Source of the DNA: a virus
Strand: one strand, 5' to 3'
Length of the DNA stretch: 64,000 nucleotides
IMG/VR virus record: IMGVR_UViG_3300044712_001933
Span: 5,606 to 69,605 of that record
Below the pieces are notes generated by a model. It was given only the letters and a program-made list of their open reading frames with translations, had not been told where the DNA came from and searched no databases. Shown here piece after piece: positions 36,162 through 44,834 of this stretch. Made by a program: the position numbers and the translations under genes. Numbering within the stretch: position 1 is the stretch's first letter; each line of letters opens with the position of its first letter.

Positions 36162-36545
36162 ATGACTACACCCCCACTCCCTAAACTACCCGCTGGCGTC
36201 TGCACCTTATGTGGCCAGATGTGGAACACCTGTAATCACGGCCCTGAGTATCTGCAAGGCCCCGCTCGCCCCTATGCTGATGTTCAGCCGGCCTTGTGCG
36301 CCCCTTCGGTTACGACCGCGGCGCCGGCCTGGCAGAAACCTTCTGTAATCGACCCGGTGGCGGCCGCCCCCGCGCCCGACTACACGCAAACGCTAGAGGA
36401 ACGCCGGCTTGAGCTCATCGAAAAGTTCGCGCTGGCGTTGGCTACTAACCCAGGGGCTTTTGAATGCTCCCCTGCGGACGTCATGGTTGCCGCTGCTCGC
36501 ATGTCGGACGCTCTCATTGCTGTCTGCCGAAAGGAGGAGAAATGA
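36162..36545 (+). CDS. Hypothetical protein, N-terminal CxxC..CxH
   Basis: 127-aa ORF, ATGA-coupled to the next gene. Confidence 0.6.
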   Translation: MTTPPLPKLPAGVCTLCGQMWNTCNHGPEYLQGPARPYADVQPALCAPSVTTAAPAWQKPSVIDPVAAAPAPDYTQTLEERRLELIEKFALALATNPGAFECSPADVMVAAARMSDALIAVCRKEEK

Positions 36546-36949
36546 CAAAGAAAGCCGAAAAGGCCCTGCGTAAGTCGATCGAGCACTGGAAGCGGATGCG
36601 CGGGAACATGGGCTGTGGTGATCGGCCCCTCTCTTCCGACTGCGCTTTGTGCCGGGAGTTCGCGGATAAGACCGAATATCGCGACACCGACTGGGGCACC
36701 ATTGAAGTGGGGTGCGTTGGTTGCCCTATAGCCGCCAGGGTCGGACGCTCGGGGTGCGTCGATACTCCCTATGCCAGAGCTCACCGTGCCTGGAGCATTG
36801 CCCGGATGTTCCGTATGACCTACGGGGAATCTAATCCGGACACCCGGACGAGTGTCGTAGAATGGAATCGCGCCGCAGAAGATATGATCGCCTTTCTGGA
36901 ATCGCTTTTGCCTCCTTCTGAGGAGCCGAAAGCGCCTAAGCCTGAGTAA
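36542..36949 (+). CDS. Cys-rich phage hypothetical protein
   Basis: Start MTKK with AGGAG RBS; SIEHW, CALC, CVGCP, C..TPY. Confidence 0.65.
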   Translation: MTKKAEKALRKSIEHWKRMRGNMGCGDRPLSSDCALCREFADKTEYRDTDWGTIEVGCVGCPIAARVGRSGCVDTPYARAHRAWSIARMFRMTYGESNPDTRTSVVEWNRAAEDMIAFLESLLPPSEEPKAPKPE

Positions 36950-37009
36950 CTTCGTACAGGGCCTTCGGGCCCCATTAGACTATACGACCCCTTTAGGGGT
37001 CCTGATTTT

Positions 37010-37321
37010 ATGAACATCACCATCAAAGACAGTACTAAGCAACCTGAATCGGTCAAAACCTTGACCTTCGACGAAATAAAACAACGAGAGGGCGTTTTTC
37101 GTTGCGTCTCCGGTGCTTACGAGCATTCCCGCATCGTTGTTATTCCTCACTCGGCCGACAGTTCTAGGGCCCCGGTCGTCATGTATGTCAACTTAAAGCA
37201 TAATGTGGTGGAACCCGCTACAGATGCTTGGGAGGGCCGCAAGTTTGTCAAAACCGACGAGGTGTTCACGATGGAGTTTCTGAACGCCCCATCCCTGCCC
37301 GCGCCAGTCCAGGAGGCTTAA
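37010..37321 (+). CDS. Hypothetical protein
   Basis: 103-aa ORF after a hairpin leader. Confidence 0.6.
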   Translation: MNITIKDSTKQPESVKTLTFDEIKQREGVFRCVSGAYEHSRIVVIPHSADSSRAPVVMYVNLKHNVVEPATDAWEGRKFVKTDEVFTMEFLNAPSLPAPVQEA

Positions 37322-37446
37322 ACACATGGGCGCCTCGCGCGCCCCTTTAGATTCTGCGCAAACTTAATCGAACCATGAAAGCAATGAATCGGGTGTGCCT
37401 GACGGCACACGCTTAAAACTCAAGGGCCGCAAGGCCCCCTTCGATT

Positions 37447-38790
37447 ATGCTAAAAATCTTTTCTGCCACACGGGGCGCTGACGGCGCCATAACAGCGTTT
37501 CAATGCGAGCCTCTTCCGGGAGAGTCTAAGCCCGACAAAGACAGCGAATACGGCCGGTGGTTCTACGGCCCGCGCGAGCACGGCGACGTCTACGTTGCGC
37601 CCAACATGGAACGGATGCTGGCCGTCGACACGGACCACTGGGACGGGAGCCCACCTACCTTTGAATACTCCCCGGTCGGCTGGCGTGAGAGCATGCTGAA
37701 GCGCCTGCAAAGTGATATCCATGCCCAGGCCGCCGAGATCGCGAAGCTGAAGAGCGACCTGGCGTATGTGAAGGAGCAAAAGAATCGCGCCGAGACCGCC
37801 ATCGAGAACTTGAACAGCGAGCTCGCGCAGGCGGCTGAGAACCTGAAGCGGCGCAACATCGAACTCGAAAACATGTGCGAGGACAAGGAGGTCCTGAAAG
37901 GCAAGCTCGCGGCCGCCATAAGCTCCCTTAACGAAGAGCGCGGGGTCGTGTCCCGCATGAATGCAGAAGTCGTTAAACTGTACAAGAACCCAGTGGCTGA
38001 CCGCGTCAACGCGAACGTCCTGGTAGAGGTCCGAGATATCCTGAAGTGCCCGGCCGGTGAGGCGCTCACGGACCACGCGCGCGACGTCATGCAGAGTCTT
38101 TCGGTTGCGGCTGCTAACTATGAGGCTGCCTCGCGGGAGAATGAGGAGCTCGGCAAGAGCCTGGTTGAGCAGGAGAAGTTTCGCAGTGAGGTCGCCAGGC
38201 TCCACTCAATCAATCGCAACCTCTGCTCAGAGAATGCGGGTTATCGCCAGGACAACGACCGGCTGATGGAGGAGGTCAACGCCCGGCAGCGCAACCTCGA
38301 CGAGACCGAGACTGTCCTGATGAACACGCGCAATCAGGCGGCAGATGCCGCCACAAAGTGGAAGACTGAAATCAAAGACCTGCGGGAACGGGTGGACTTC
38401 TTTGACAAGAACACGGTCCGGCTTGCGGACAAAGCCACCCGTCTCGAACTCGAGGTTCAGCAGCTGCAGGAAGTCATCGCCGGCGTCCGCTCGGCCCTCC
38501 ACGCGCCCGCAGGGGCCAGCATCTGTGCGTATGCTGACAGCGTCATGGATGACCTGGCGACCCGACAAAAAGAAGCGAATGAGCTGCGCGACCGTCGCCT
38601 GCTCTTTATCTCCGCCTTAAAGAAGCTGCTCGCCCAGTGGGACAAGAATGCCCGCATGGTGCAGGAGGCGTATGAACACTCCCAGGAAGGTTCTCCTGCA
38701 GCGAGTTACTGGTATGGACAAATGAGGGGGCAGATGGATGATGCCAAGGAGCTGAAGTCCCTAGCGTCCGCCCACGGCCTGCTCTCGTAA
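37447..38790 (+). CDS. Long coiled-coil protein
   Basis: Heptad-rich 447 aa with an internal duplication (VR..L..PAG....A..VM). Confidence 0.7.
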   Translation: MLKIFSATRGADGAITAFQCEPLPGESKPDKDSEYGRWFYGPREHGDVYVAPNMERMLAVDTDHWDGSPPTFEYSPVGWRESMLKRLQSDIHAQAAEIAKLKSDLAYVKEQKNRAETAIENLNSELAQAAENLKRRNIELENMCEDKEVLKGKLAAAISSLNEERGVVSRMNAEVVKLYKNPVADRVNANVLVEVRDILKCPAGEALTDHARDVMQSLSVAAANYEAASRENEELGKSLVEQEKFRSEVARLHSINRNLCSENAGYRQDNDRLMEEVNARQRNLDETETVLMNTRNQAADAATKWKTEIKDLRERVDFFDKNTVRLADKATRLELEVQQLQEVIAGVRSALHAPAGASICAYADSVMDDLATRQKEANELRDRRLLFISALKKLLAQWDKNARMVQEAYEHSQEGSPAASYWYGQMRGQMDDAKELKSLASAHGLLS

Positions 38791-38824
38791 ACTTGCACAC
38801 TGTCCGGGGTCGTGTTAGAAAGTA

Positions 38825-39007
38825 ATGAACATGACCCCGGACAAAAAAGATAAATTAGAGATGGCCAAAATGATTTCGAAAGCTGCTTCCGCCCTCGGAC
38901 GTCTAGCTCGTGGAGTACCAAAGACTTACACCGACGAAGAGCGCGAGCGCCGGCGCAAAAGGCTCGCCGAATTGCGAAAAAAGCGCTGGGTGCCAAAGAA
39001 AAAATAG
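38825..39007 (+). CDS. Small basic nucleic-acid-binding protein
   Basis: AASALGR...ERRRKR...RW pattern. Confidence 0.6.
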   Translation: MNMTPDKKDKLEMAKMISKAASALGRLARGVPKTYTDEERERRRKRLAELRKKRWVPKKK

Positions 39008-39020
39008 AAAATATTTTCGT

Positions 39021-39111
39021 CATATAACCGCTTAACTGATAGGTAGTTACACAAATTCTTCATTCGGGCTTCGTTTTTTATTTTGACATACAAGCGGTTA
39101 TATGTGACACT
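39021..39111 (+). promoter_or_regulatory. Early promoter with palindromic operator and an upstream inverted partial site
   Basis: TTGACA-17-GACACT (TGn); CATACAAGCGGTTATATG in the spacer; CATATAACCGCTT at 39021. Confidence 0.7.
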
Positions 39112-39120
39112 GTAGCCACG

Positions 39121-39396
39121 ATGAACACGACAACAGCAACTACGACGGCGACTAAGCCGACCTATTACGAGACCTACCTCCGGCTGATAAAGCAGGTCCG
39201 GGGCGACAAGCGGATCGACAGGATTTTTTGCAGCGCTGAGGAGAATGCAGCGGACTCGGCTCGTGAAGATGGGTTCAAGCCATACAGCGAGGAGTATTAT
39301 TCGACCCTGCTGGGCAGCCTATCCTCGGCCGCGGAAGCATACGAGGATGTCGCCTACGCCAGCAAATGGTTTGCTCGTCGCGGATATCGCATTTAG
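39121..39396 (+). CDS. Hypothetical early protein
   Basis: First ORF after the promoter; ends at the ribozyme. Confidence 0.65.
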   Translation: MNTTTATTTATKPTYYETYLRLIKQVRGDKRIDRIFCSAEENAADSAREDGFKPYSEEYYSTLLGSLSSAAEAYEDVAYASKWFARRGYRI

Positions 39397-39456
39397 TCGA
39401 AACGGTCTTCGGACCGTCTGATCCGGCTGGCCTCGGATCACTGATGAGACAGGCCA
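39396..39456 (+). ncRNA. Hammerhead ribozyme, type II with pseudoknot
   Basis: GTC-GAAA-CGGTC(TTCG)GACCG-TC-TGATCCG(loop)CGGATCA-CTGATGA-GAC; loop TGGCCT pairs with 3' AGGCCA. Confidence 0.92.
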
Positions 39457-39477
39457 AAATGTTTACAAACAAGATTT

Positions 39478-39816
39478 ATGAATACCATCGAGCGCACGTT
39501 TACGATCAACCTGTTCCGCGCCCCGCGTGAGCTGACGGCGAGAGCTGTTCGAACGAATGAGGGTCCGTCCAAGACTCGGTTTTTCGTCCCTAATGTGATC
39601 GCCATCGCCTACCTGACCGGCCGGAAGATCCACATCGCCGATATCCAGATCGAGACGGATCCCGCCGAGGTGGAGCATCTGGTCCGGACCCAGGACTGGC
39701 GCCAGGGCGACGGGTTCGCCTTCTACATCGACTGCATCCGCAAGCATGGCCGGTCCTACTCGAGACTGTGTCCGGTCGGTTGGCTCGATCAGTTTCCCCG
39801 GGAGGACTGGGCGTAG
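39478..39816 (+). CDS. Hypothetical early protein
   Basis: 112 aa downstream of the ribozyme. Confidence 0.6.
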   Translation: MNTIERTFTINLFRAPRELTARAVRTNEGPSKTRFFVPNVIAIAYLTGRKIHIADIQIETDPAEVEHLVRTQDWRQGDGFAFYIDCIRKHGRSYSRLCPVGWLDQFPREDWA

Positions 39817-39890
39817 GGCATGGGGAGGCAGGTCCTTCCCGTTTAGGGATCCCTAAAAGGGCCGGAAGTGCGACACCGGTTCAGAACCTC

Positions 39891-39935
39891 GAACGCCGGA
39901 GAGCCATGGCGTGACAGCCTCGGAGAGACGGCACT
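39891..39935 (+). ncRNA. Two-hairpin RNA motif, copy 1
   Basis: GAACGCC-N10-GGCGTGACAG..CGGAGAGACG.CACT, shared with 48119-48161. Confidence 0.65.
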
Positions 39936-39966
39936 CTGTTTACAATCGTCTACATTTTTGTTTACT

Positions 39967-40161
39967 ATGACGGCCATACTTTATTTTTCAAAGGAAGACC
40001 TGGGCGCGCGCAATACGTCGCCCGTCTTCTCGAAAACCGGCGCCTTTGTCGGTTTTGTCCGTGCGGAATTAGTCGAGGAGCCCGACCTGAGCGAAGCTCT
40101 CGACCTTGCCAAACCCCGCCGCGGTGAAGTCGTTTTAAACAGCGTGGAGGCTGCGGTATGA
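39967..40161 (+). CDS. Hypothetical protein
   Basis: Start MTAILYF; ATGA-coupled downstream. Confidence 0.55.
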   Translation: MTAILYFSKEDLGARNTSPVFSKTGAFVGFVRAELVEEPDLSEALDLAKPRRGEVVLNSVEAAV

Positions 40162-40400
40162 GCGCTATAGCCATCCCCGCCCTTAACGTCGTGGCGCGGA
40201 AAGTTCCGTCCCCGACTCCGATCCGTGGCCCAGTGGATCTCACGCCCGCCATCATCGCGTATGAGGCCGGCGAATTGGACGAATACGACACGGTCGAGCT
40301 ATTTAAGCAGCTCGTCGCGACAGGGCTCGCGTGGCGCCTCCAGGGCCACTACGGGCGAACGGCTGCAGCGCTCATCAACGCGGGCATCATCAGCTTATGA
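40158..40400 (+). CDS. Conserved small phage protein
   Basis: IIAYEAGEL...LFKQLVATGLAWRLQGHYGRTA pattern common in phage early regions. Confidence 0.7.
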   Translation: MSAIAIPALNVVARKVPSPTPIRGPVDLTPAIIAYEAGELDEYDTVELFKQLVATGLAWRLQGHYGRTAAALINAGIISL

Positions 40401-40807
40401 CAATCACAAACTCAACCGACTTCCCTCTGCCGTTCCTGCGCCGGCTCATCGCCTACATCGCGAAAGAGCTGGGAATGAAGCAGTCACTGATCCGGCGGGC
40501 CGAGTTCAGGAAGTCTCGGTCGGCCTGGGGCGGCAGGGCATACTTACACCAGGCCCGGATCGGTGTCCGGGTAGGGGACAAGTCATGGTTTCCTGCACCA
40601 TGCCGGGGCGGGTTCACTATCCAAGACCGGCTGGATGCCTTGGTCATGGTGACCGCGCACGAGATGGCGCACCACATGCAGTATCACGAAGGATCGCGCA
40701 CCCGTCTTCGCGGCGGACACGGAGGGTCCGAGCGGCACACGGATCATCTGACCTATCAGGTGGTCAACCAGTTCAGAAAGGATAAGGAATCCTTGTTGGC
40801 ACAATAA
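40397..40807 (+). CDS. SprT-like/zincin metallopeptidase
   Basis: AHEMAHHMQ HExxH motif with a downstream E. Confidence 0.65.
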   Translation: MTITNSTDFPLPFLRRLIAYIAKELGMKQSLIRRAEFRKSRSAWGGRAYLHQARIGVRVGDKSWFPAPCRGGFTIQDRLDALVMVTAHEMAHHMQYHEGSRTRLRGGHGGSERHTDHLTYQVVNQFRKDKESLLAQ

Positions 40808-40823
40808 CTATCACCTCTTTACC

Positions 40824-41270
40824 ATGAAAACTCGAAACACTCTTTTGCAGATCTCACGGCCGTTCCACGAGGACGGTCCGGGGTATGTAGCCAGCTTTAA
40901 GTGCCTGGACTGCAAGTCGACATTCTGCCGTCCGGTCGAGGAGGGCCGGCAGCTCTGGTTTTTCTGCCCGGTCTGTGGCCTGGACGTTTACGACAAGCTC
41001 CAGGACATCGAGGATCGCAAGTATCGCGACGTTGGAAAGTATCACACTGCTCAGGGATGGGTGAGGGACACTCGCCCCACCTTTACCTTTGTCGAGGAGT
41101 ATTACGACATGTTCGATGAGCCGGAAGGTTGGAAGGTTGCAGATGCCTCGGATGGGTATCTTTCTCCACACCACCACGTCGTCAATCGGTATGTGTTTCT
41201 CCGCAAAGGGAAGACCTGGACCCCGCGCCGGATGCGTATTGCGCCGAGCAAACCCCTTCCTTTGCCCTAA
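40824..41270 (+). CDS. Zinc-ribbon protein
   Basis: CLDC...CPVC. Confidence 0.6.
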   Translation: MKTRNTLLQISRPFHEDGPGYVASFKCLDCKSTFCRPVEEGRQLWFFCPVCGLDVYDKLQDIEDRKYRDVGKYHTAQGWVRDTRPTFTFVEEYYDMFDEPEGWKVADASDGYLSPHHHVVNRYVFLRKGKTWTPRRMRIAPSKPLPLP

Positions 41271-41301
41271 CACCATGGGCGCTTCGGCGCCCTCCTTGAT
41301 T

Positions 41302-41994
41302 ATGCTACAAATCTTTGAATCCATGATGAAGTTCCAGTCCTTAAAGGACCAGTGCGGCCAGGCAGTTTTCTGTCCCTGGTGTCAACGAATCCTAGACTGC
41401 AATGACGCAGTCTCGTGGGATGTAACGTCTAACGACAAGCTCCTCAAGACGTTTGTCTGTTGCGGGACTTGTTCCGACAAGAAGACCGCGGCGCAGCTGC
41501 TGGAGGCTCTCAACGGCAACCCGAAGCTCCGCGAGGTATATGGTGACTCTCTACGCGTCGAGCAGTTCGACGGCCGGGAGTATGACTCGGACGGGCACCC
41601 GCTCGAGGTCCCCGCGGTAGGCGCCCCGATCTCTATCCCGCGCGCCGGCGGCACCTACGGGGGCATCCTGCGCCAGGAAGTGATGGGGAACGCAGTGGCC
41701 TTTCCCGGCTTTGAGAAATTCAAGTTCGGGGTCTACAAGTGGCTGGACGCCGAGGAGTGGTCAGTAGTGGAGATGTCCACCGGGCTGTCGATCGGCGCCC
41801 CGCAGCCCACCCAGCGGGCGGCGCTCATCAAGGCGTCGCTCTATCTTAGCAAAGTGGGCAAACGGCGCTTCGCTGCGGGCGTCCGCCGTGCCCTCGAGGC
41901 CGAGAAAGCGCAACAGGCTTTACGGGCCCAGGCCGAAGCAGCCCTGAAGGCCCAAAATAGCGGGCTCTTGACCGAGGTCCAAAAAGCGGCCTAA
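41302..41994 (+). CDS. Hypothetical protein with N-terminal zinc finger
   Basis: Start after hairpin+GATTATG; CPWC...CGTC. Confidence 0.6.
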   Translation: MLQIFESMMKFQSLKDQCGQAVFCPWCQRILDCNDAVSWDVTSNDKLLKTFVCCGTCSDKKTAAQLLEALNGNPKLREVYGDSLRVEQFDGREYDSDGHPLEVPAVGAPISIPRAGGTYGGILRQEVMGNAVAFPGFEKFKFGVYKWLDAEEWSVVEMSTGLSIGAPQPTQRAALIKASLYLSKVGKRRFAAGVRRALEAEKAQQALRAQAEAALKAQNSGLLTEVQKAA

Positions 41995-42003
41995 AATACC
42001 CCC

Positions 42004-42222
42004 ATGAACGAGCACTTTGTAATCCATCGCCCGGCGCCCCACCGGTTCTTATCAGAGGACGGCTGGGTGATGGATTACACTGATGCCTCACCATTTAAGT
42101 CCCTGCAGGATGCTATCTTCGCAGCGATCGTGGCCGGCAAGCCTGGCGACGTAATCCTTAAAATAAGCCGAGATGGCCCAGGGCCTCCGCTGTGGACGAT
42201 GGCAGATCCACGCGATGCTTAA
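42004..42222 (+). CDS. Hypothetical protein
   Basis: 72-aa ORF in the operon. Confidence 0.55.
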   Translation: MNEHFVIHRPAPHRFLSEDGWVMDYTDASPFKSLQDAIFAAIVAGKPGDVILKISRDGPGPPLWTMADPRDA

Positions 42223-42258
42223 AGTTTCAGATTATTGTGTGCAGCTCTCAGATTATGG

Positions 42259-42287
42259 TTGACTTTGATACGGGGTTCCTTTAAGAT
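42259..42287 (+). promoter_or_regulatory. Sigma70-like promoter
   Basis: TTGACT-17-TAAGAT, preceded by two TCAGATTAT direct repeats. Confidence 0.65.
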
Positions 42288-42335
42288 TGATCTCCGTAAT
42301 ATAGGGAGTGGCTGAAATCGCCACAGGGGTTGATT

Positions 42336-43037
42336 ATGTTTGGCAAATTAAATCCTAAAAACTGGACCGTGGGGACTAAGTCCCTGCTGTTTGGCGTTCA
42401 TCAGTTCCTCCTTCACCCTCTCCTCGTCACCCTGGCCTGGCACCACTTGTATAAGTCTTGGCCGGGCTGGCGCGAGCTTTTCTGCATCTTCGTCCACGAC
42501 CTGGGCTACTGGGGAGTCAAAGACATGGACGGCTTCGACGGCCGCTGCCACCCCTTCCTGGGCGCCAAGATCGCCCGCCGACTCTTCGGCCAAGAATACT
42601 ACAATTTCTGCATCGGGCACAGCCGCAGCTTGTGCCGCCAGGTAGGCGTCAGATACTCTAAACTTTGCTGGGCCGACAAGTGCTCAGTGAGCCTGGAGTC
42701 GGACTGGTTTTACCTGCTACGCGCGCGTTTGACCGGCGAGCTGGGCCAATACCTCACCCTCGCTCAAAAGGCCGGCTACGAGTTCCCTGATGCCCGCGCG
42801 TGGCTGGCCTGGTATAAGTCCAAATCGGTCCAGGATGCAGTTTCTAACCTGAGCACCTACGCCGGCGAGGCGGCCGAAAAGGCTGAGTCCGCTGTTCGCT
42901 CAGGTTTGGTCAACCAATGTTGGGAGGAGGCGCTCGCAGCTGAGTCGGCGGAAGTGTGTCGGGCCCGCAAGGCTCGCCGCCGGCAATCTTCACCGTCACG
43001 TAAGCTTCGCGTGACGTCTCTTAATGCTCATCGTTGA
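42336..43037 (+). CDS. HD-domain phosphohydrolase-like protein
   Basis: H...VHDLG...HP..GAKIA...HS...ADK arrangement. Confidence 0.7.
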   Translation: MFGKLNPKNWTVGTKSLLFGVHQFLLHPLLVTLAWHHLYKSWPGWRELFCIFVHDLGYWGVKDMDGFDGRCHPFLGAKIARRLFGQEYYNFCIGHSRSLCRQVGVRYSKLCWADKCSVSLESDWFYLLRARLTGELGQYLTLAQKAGYEFPDARAWLAWYKSKSVQDAVSNLSTYAGEAAEKAESAVRSGLVNQCWEEALAAESAEVCRARKARRRQSSPSRKLRVTSLNAHR

Positions 43038-43103
43038 GCCCTCCGCTAATACCACGGAGGAGCGGACTGACTCCCGCGCCGCTCCTCCCTTCTCCTTCCT
43101 TTT

Positions 43104-43270
43104 GATTATGCTCCCCGTAAGGGGTTCGATTATGACGTGCCCACAGGGCGCCTGATTATCCTCGAGGCGGCTTCGCCAAAAGTGGCCGTCGGGACGGCAA
43201 GCGCATGAGTGCCGAATAACCTGCGCCGGGCGTGTATGAGTATAAAATTCGCTCAGGACATGCCCCTGTG
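43104..43270 (+). ncRNA. Structured intergenic RNA candidate with three GATTAT motifs
   Basis: GATTAT at 43104, 43128 and 43154; CACAGGG/CCCTGTG and CCTGA/TCAGG closing stems with internal hairpins. Confidence 0.45.
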
Positions 43271-43308
43271 ATTGTCAGTTTAAACCATAAACTCTAAATC
43301 AAATATCT

Positions 43309-44136
43309 ATGAAAAAAGACACGAAAAACACCGCCCCCACCACCACTCCGTCGACCCCTTCCACCGTCCACCTGCACGCGGACGGCACCGGGAACCTGCA
43401 CATCGACGTGGTGCCCCGCGGGGAGAAAGAGGGGATCTACGTCCGCTACTCTCGCCCGGAGGAACGCCTCCAGGGCCCCCGTTTCACGGATGGCAACCCG
43501 GAGAGCTCGCTGCTCCGCCTCACCACGGCCAAACCTAACTCCGTGGACAACCTCATCTTTGCGCTGCTCTACTACCGGGCGCACAAGTTCCCGGACGCTG
43601 TCCCTTCCCGTTACGCCCCGGACCAGCTGCGTGACGATGTCCTGGCCGCCGCCGGGCAAGTAGTCGACACGTTCAACGGACTGGACCCTCGGAAGTCGGT
43701 TGGCCCTCAGTCAGACAGCCTCTACGACCGTCTGAGCACGTTAGTCGACGCGGTCGAAGCGCGCCGCGAAGAGGCTGCTGAAATCCGCGAGAAACTCGAG
43801 GAGCAGGAAGCCGCCGAGCTCTTTGAAAAGGCTGAAGAGACGCCGGCCGAAGACCCCACCAAGAAAGACAAATCCAGCGACTGCGAAACTTGCAGCGCGG
43901 TGGAGTTTTGCTCGAACCCCTCGGCCCAGGCTGTTGTAGCCGCTCGTAAGGGAAAGCCTGAAGTTCAAAAGACCAGCGGTAAGCCTGGCAAGAGCTACCA
44001 GCTTAGTCGTCTCGGGCTCTTGGCTGCCTTGGCCACGCTTCCGGAGTTGTCTAAAGATGCCCCCTACACCTCCGAAGCGCTTCGAAAAATCCTCGAGGCG
44101 CCTTACAAATCGTCGGAACAAGCTCAAACTGAGTAG
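43309..44136 (+). CDS. Hypothetical protein
   Basis: 275 aa with an acidic coil and CETC...C. Confidence 0.65.
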   Translation: MKKDTKNTAPTTTPSTPSTVHLHADGTGNLHIDVVPRGEKEGIYVRYSRPEERLQGPRFTDGNPESSLLRLTTAKPNSVDNLIFALLYYRAHKFPDAVPSRYAPDQLRDDVLAAAGQVVDTFNGLDPRKSVGPQSDSLYDRLSTLVDAVEARREEAAEIREKLEEQEAAELFEKAEETPAEDPTKKDKSSDCETCSAVEFCSNPSAQAVVAARKGKPEVQKTSGKPGKSYQLSRLGLLAALATLPELSKDAPYTSEALRKILEAPYKSSEQAQTE

Positions 44137-44167
44137 TTTACGGACGTGAAAAAAAGTTGAAAAAATC

Positions 44168-44200
44168 TAGAGGGTAGGACCGTATTTGTCCTACCCTCTA
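44168..44200. promoter_or_regulatory. Perfect 13-bp inverted repeat upstream of xis
   Basis: TAGAGGGTAGGAC-7-GTCCTACCCTCTA, followed by TGGTATAGT. Confidence 0.55.
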
Positions 44201-44471
44201 TGGTATAGTCGATTTTACAGAATGAAATCGTGCCCTGAAATAGTTGGAGACAGTGTAGGGAGATCCCCTACAAAAATTGGGCTTGCGCGAGGGCAGGGGG
44301 GGGCATGCTACCAGGGAAATCCCGAGTGGATTATTAGTACTTCTTCCTTGTCGCATGTACCAAACTAAAATAATTAAAAAGTTGAAAAATGTCCCAAAAA
44401 TGTGTTGCCATGTCCCAAAAGTGTATGGTATTTTTGGCGCAAGATTTCGGACTGAATAGGCGAACAGTGTT

Positions 44472-44834
44472 ATGAACAACAACGTCACCAAATCAGAATC
44501 AGACACTAAACTCCTTAATTTAAAGGAGTTAGCGCGAGAGCTCGGAGTCCCTTATCGCTTCACCATGCAAGCGGCGAAAGATGGTCTTCCGCTGTATCGG
44601 GGTCGGACATCGGTTGTCTGGGCTCGGGAGTGGATGAAGAAGCAGGCGGAGTCCCTCCAGACTTTTGGGGGGCTGACGGTGCAGGTGTCGGCAGATGGAT
44701 CTTCTCCAGGGCCGGACGGAGATCTTCCTCTACGCGTAAGCGCTGGTAAATCCGGTGGATTGAGGTCGAAGCGTGGCCGACCAGCCGGCGCATGTAAGAC
44801 TCCGGGACTCCCGACTGAGCCCCCCGTGAAATAA
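44472..44834 (+). CDS. xis: Excisionase-like HTH protein
   Basis: LLNLKELARELGV...GLP...AREW; convergent with the integrase. Confidence 0.7.
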   Translation: MNNNVTKSESDTKLLNLKELARELGVPYRFTMQAAKDGLPLYRGRTSVVWAREWMKKQAESLQTFGGLTVQVSADGSSPGPDGDLPLRVSAGKSGGLRSKRGRPAGACKTPGLPTEPPVK

